Shown: piece after piece, positions 60,572 to 64,000 of the stretch
Layout of the letters: each line of letters starts with the position of its first letter
How positions within the stretch are numbered: the first letter of the stretch is position 1
Assembly (NCBI GenBank): GCA_002011125.2
Contig: MTMF02000009.1
Coordinates: 1,672,989 to 1,736,988 of the forward strand
Direction: 5' to 3'
From: Candidatus Hydrothermarchaeum profundi
GTDB taxonomy: Archaea > Hydrothermarchaeota > Hydrothermarchaeia > Hydrothermarchaeales > Hydrothermarchaeaceae
Length of the DNA: 64,000 bases
The notes under the pieces: model-generated
The model's input: the letters and a program-made list of their open reading frames with translations, nothing else
What the model was told of the DNA's origin: nothing
Databases searched by the model: none
Made by a program: the position numbers and the translations under genes

Positions 60572-61918
60572 TCAAAATATTTTCCCAGGATTTAGTATTC
60601 CATTAGGGTCTAAGGATTTCTTAATTTGTTTCATAAGGCTTATCGAATTGTGTTCGATGCTTATATATCTCTTCTTTTCAAGACCTATGCCGTGTTCTCC
60701 TGAGAGCGTACCTCCCATTTTTATGACTTTATGAAAGAGTTCCCCTATAGCTTTCTCAGCCCTTTCCACTTCTTCTCTCTTATTTCTATCTACTAGAAAA
60801 GTCGGATGGAGATTACCATCTCCAGCATGCCCAAAAGTAGCAATCTCAACTCCATGTTTTTTACCAAGCACTTCTAACTCCTTGAATAGAGAAGGCAAAA
60901 AAGAAATAGGCACAGTAACATCTTCTAAAATTAAAGTCGGTTTATATCTTGCTAATGCTGGTAGAGCAGACTTTCGTGCTTTCCATATGGATTCCCTATC
61001 AGCATTAGAGATGGCTTCCTCCACTATATTAGCATTATACTTTTGGCATATTTCTATAGCCTCCCTTAGATACAGGGTCACCTTCTCATCAAAACCGTCT
61101 AGTTCAACTATCAATAAAACTTCTACATCAGGGAAATTTAGCCCCGTATACTTTTCCACTGCTTGCAAGGTATTCTTATCCATAATTTCTAGAACCGCTG
61201 GTTGTAAGCCAGAATACATTATTTCTCGTACAGCTTTCCCTGCCTTAAAGCCATCGCTAAACCCTACCATCGAAGTAGCATAATTAGTAGGCTTTTTAAT
61301 TACTCTTAAAGTGATTTCTGTGAATATGCCCAGAGTTCCCTCCGAACCTACAAATATACCAGGTAAATCATAGCCAGAGGAGGATTTAACTGCTTTCGTG
61401 CCGCATCTAATTATTTCTCCATCTGCCAACACTACTTCTAATTTCTTAACATAATCCCTAGTAGTGCCGTATTTCACAGCTCTAAGCCCGCTCGAGTTAG
61501 TTGCAACCATCCCTCCAATCGTACATACACTTCCACTTCCAGGGTCAGGCGGGAAGAAGACTCCATACTTCTCAAGTTCACGGTTCAATCTGCCATAGAC
61601 GACCCCGGGCTCTAGAGTCACAAGCTGATTTTCCAGATCAACCTTTATTATGCTGTCCATAAGAGTAAGATCCAGTACAATACCTCCATCTACTGGAACC
61701 GAGCCGCCGCTTAAACTTGTACCTGCGCCTCTAGGCACGAGCGGGATGCGCTCCCTATTAGCGATCTTAACTATGCGAGAAACTTCTTCCTTTGAATAAG
61801 GCATCAGTACGAGATTAGGCAGGGAACGATGTCTTGAGGCATCTGATGAGTAACTCAGTAGCTCTTCAGGAGTTGAAAGCACTCGATCCTCGTCCATAAA
61901 ATCAAAAAATTGCAACAT
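60572..61918 (-). CDS. FAD-linked 2-hydroxyacid dehydrogenase, GlcD / D-lactate dehydrogenase-like
   Basis: PRGAGTSLSGG, PPDPGS, GSEGTLG, GHAGDGNLH, SGEHGIG, NPGKIF. Confidence 0.92.
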   Translation of the reverse strand: MLQFFDFMDEDRVLSTPEELLSYSSDASRHRSLPNLVLMPYSKEEVSRIVKIANRERIPLVPRGAGTSLSGGSVPVDGGIVLDLTLMDSIIKVDLENQLVTLEPGVVYGRLNRELEKYGVFFPPDPGSGSVCTIGGMVATNSSGLRAVKYGTTRDYVKKLEVVLADGEIIRCGTKAVKSSSGYDLPGIFVGSEGTLGIFTEITLRVIKKPTNYATSMVGFSDGFKAGKAVREIMYSGLQPAVLEIMDKNTLQAVEKYTGLNFPDVEVLLIVELDGFDEKVTLYLREAIEICQKYNANIVEEAISNADRESIWKARKSALPALARYKPTLILEDVTVPISFLPSLFKELEVLGKKHGVEIATFGHAGDGNLHPTFLVDRNKREEVERAEKAIGELFHKVIKMGGTLSGEHGIGLEKKRYISIEHNSISLMKQIKKSLDPNGILNPGKIF

Positions 61919-62163
61919 ATTCCAAACTTAGAGTTTTAACAAACTCAACGAATGCTCCTTTATGAGCAAGGCATATCAGAGACTCTGAAAAATCTCTCTC
62001 CGTTAGAAATTACTTTTTTCTTTCAGGCAGTCCATGGGAGTAAGAAAAGGTTTCTATTCTCATTACGAGATACTTAGTAACTCTCATAATCTTACGACAC
62101 TTACTATTTTATGATAAGTTTTATTATGCGCTAGAATCAAAAACTATTTGAGGTCTGAAGAAA

Positions 62164-63702
62164 TTGGCAAAAATCGTTGGGATCATATTTGGTGAGGTCA
62201 GTTATGGCGACTTTAATTTTATAGTTAGCAGAGAATCCAACCTTCAAAAGGGACAATACGTTAAAGTAAACCACGAGGTCTATGGATGGATTTTAGCACA
62301 AGTGGTAGCGATCTCTAGATACAATGAGAGGTACACATTAAATGCCATGGCTGGAACTACTTCACCTAAAGAAAACATTGCATCTGAAAGGACGGTAGCT
62401 AACGCCAAAGTTATAGGATATCTGGATGAAAAAGGAATGCTTAAATCACCCAAAATACCCTTTAAACCCGGAGAAAAAGTCTATGAAGCCGATAACTCCA
62501 TTATAACTCGCACTCTAAATCTATCTACAAGGGAAGGGGTATATCTTGGGCTACTCGAAGGTCATTCAAGTCCATTGAGGGTTTATCTCAACCCAAACAG
62601 ATTGGTACAGAAACATATATGCGTCCTAGCTAAGACAGGTGCGGGAAAGTCTTATACCGTCGGTGTCCTAATTGAAGAACTATTGGAGAAAAAGGTGCCT
62701 GTAGTTGTTATAGACCCCCATGGCGAATACTCGTCATTGAAATACCCAAACAATAACAAGCGAGAGCTTGAGATGATGGAAATCTACGGAGTCTCCCCAA
62801 GAGGATATGAGAACGTGGTTGAATTCACCCCAGACCTCAATCTAAACCCTCAAGCAGACAGAAAACTCGCTCTCGACGTAACTAAGCTAAGCGTGAGAGA
62901 TTTTATTGAGATGCTGCCTTCGAAACTTACCTCGAGTCAAAAGGGGATGCTATTCGAAGCCCTCAAGGCAGTTCACGCTTATGGTAAATATTCGCTAGAG
63001 GACTTAATAAGGATAATACATGAATTCGAAAATAAAGCTAAGTGGAATCTAATAACAAGCCTAGAAATGATACGGGAAAGCAAGATATTCGAGGGGCCGC
63101 CGGTTGCTCCTCACGATTTAGTAAAAAAAGACGTAGTCTCGATTATAAATTTAAGGGGGGTTCAGCCAGATATTCAGGAAATCGTAGTTGCCAGAGTAGC
63201 GCAAGAACTCTTCGATGCGAGGAAAGGCGGCAAGATTCCTCCCCTACTATTACTTATAGAGGAAGCCCATAATTTTGCTCCAGAAAGAGGTTTCGGCAGT
63301 ACTCCGGCATCAGGTATCCTCCGAACACTTGCGAGTGAAGGGAGGAAATTTGGACTCGGACTATGTGTAGTTTCACAACGCCCAGCAAGGATAGATAAAA
63401 ACGTGCTAAGCCAGTGCAATACCCAGATAATATTGAAAGTGACTAACCCGAATGATCTTAAAGCAATTAGTCAGAGCATCGAAGGATTTACCCAAGACTT
63501 AGAGGAGGAGATTAAACAACTTCCTCCAGGGGTTGCACTTATAGTAGGTGATGTCGTAGAGCAACCAATATTCGTTGATATAAGAGTTAAAAGAACCAAA
63601 CATGGTGGAACCTCGGTAGAACTTGTAAGAAAAAATAGGCGGAAAAAAGTTACAACCCCAATGACCTTCGAAAGCATCTGGAAGAGGATATTCAGGGCAT
63701 AA
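62164..63702 (+). CDS. HerA-like ATPase (HAS barrel + FtsK/HerA domain)
   Basis: N-terminal HAS barrel, LAKTGAGKS, DPHGEY, EEAHNFAP, EGRKFG, SQRP. Confidence 0.9.
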   Translation: MAKIVGIIFGEVSYGDFNFIVSRESNLQKGQYVKVNHEVYGWILAQVVAISRYNERYTLNAMAGTTSPKENIASERTVANAKVIGYLDEKGMLKSPKIPFKPGEKVYEADNSIITRTLNLSTREGVYLGLLEGHSSPLRVYLNPNRLVQKHICVLAKTGAGKSYTVGVLIEELLEKKVPVVVIDPHGEYSSLKYPNNNKRELEMMEIYGVSPRGYENVVEFTPDLNLNPQADRKLALDVTKLSVRDFIEMLPSKLTSSQKGMLFEALKAVHAYGKYSLEDLIRIIHEFENKAKWNLITSLEMIRESKIFEGPPVAPHDLVKKDVVSIINLRGVQPDIQEIVVARVAQELFDARKGGKIPPLLLLIEEAHNFAPERGFGSTPASGILRTLASEGRKFGLGLCVVSQRPARIDKNVLSQCNTQIILKVTNPNDLKAISQSIEGFTQDLEEEIKQLPPGVALIVGDVVEQPIFVDIRVKRTKHGGTSVELVRKNRRKKVTTPMTFESIWKRIFRA

Positions 63703-63799
63703 CTAATTAAGCTACTATTATTTTTGGTTTCTGTATATTATGAGGAAAAATATTTACCTGTCAACTTTAAGTTGTGGATATATAGGATAGTAAATAAAA

Positions 63800-64000
63800 A
63801 TGATTAATCCAATCAGCCTTTTTCCATATAAAGAAGCCAGACCATTTCAAGATGAATTAATACAAAGGATATATTCAGCTGATAAGATACTGTGTAATGC
63901 CCCAACGGGCGTTGGAAAATCAATAAGCGCTCTATGTGGTTTTTTAGCCGAGCGAGATAGAGATGAGAAGATCGTTATCTTAACTAGGACTAAGTCGCAA
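63800..64000 (+). CDS. XPD/Rad3/DinG-family helicase, 5' part (runs off the right edge)
   Basis: Translated by hand: MINPISLFPYKEARPFQ...NAPTGVGKS...ILTRTKSQ. Confidence 0.85.
   Translation, partial: MINPISLFPYKEARPFQDELIQRIYSADKILCNAPTGVGKSISALCGFLAERDRDEKIVILTRTKSQ

Noticed and set aside
62164-63702. HerA as an anti-phage system or herA-nurA repair operon
   Set aside because: No sir2, nurA, mre11 or rad50 is adjacent within the window; context to the right is truncated

Overview
Gene-dense archaeal (Euryarchaeota-type, probably anaerobic) chromosomal segment. The assignment rests on archaeal PheS/PheT, short PurA, split GMP synthase subunit B, HTH-fused CTP-dependent RibK, cupin PGI, Lhr, HerA-like and XPD helicases, and GGTGA-type Shine-Dalgarno sites. 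Most of the window is housekeeping: riboflavin, nucleotide, lysine (DAP) and mevalonate metabolism, tRNA modification and DNA repair. I found no tRNA, rRNA, CRISPR array or transposase. Two loci stand out. (1) 11.9-21.1 kb is a candidate KaiC-based signalling module: Lrp-like regulator, KaiC/RAD55 ATPase, atypical FAD oxidase with a mini Fe-S partner, tandem GNAT, a 992-aa multi-TM protein ending in a degenerate KaiC domain, and an Asp-motif membrane protein. These are followed by a ~520-nt very AT-rich region and three unannotated micro-ORFs, one carrying the same LxxEFKxxFPSL motif as the C-terminus of the Lrp-like regulator. (2) 56-62 kb is a glcD - cation/H+ antiporter - glcF - RuBisCO-family operon, whose RuBisCO homologue keeps most catalytic residues but has K177C and H298F-type substitutions. 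Also noted: a giant pilin-like protein with a 12-Cys tip, an unannotated zinc-finger microprotein, and an HgcA/CdhD-like corrinoid protein lacking the HgcA cysteine. All product calls come from motif recognition by eye; no searches were run.
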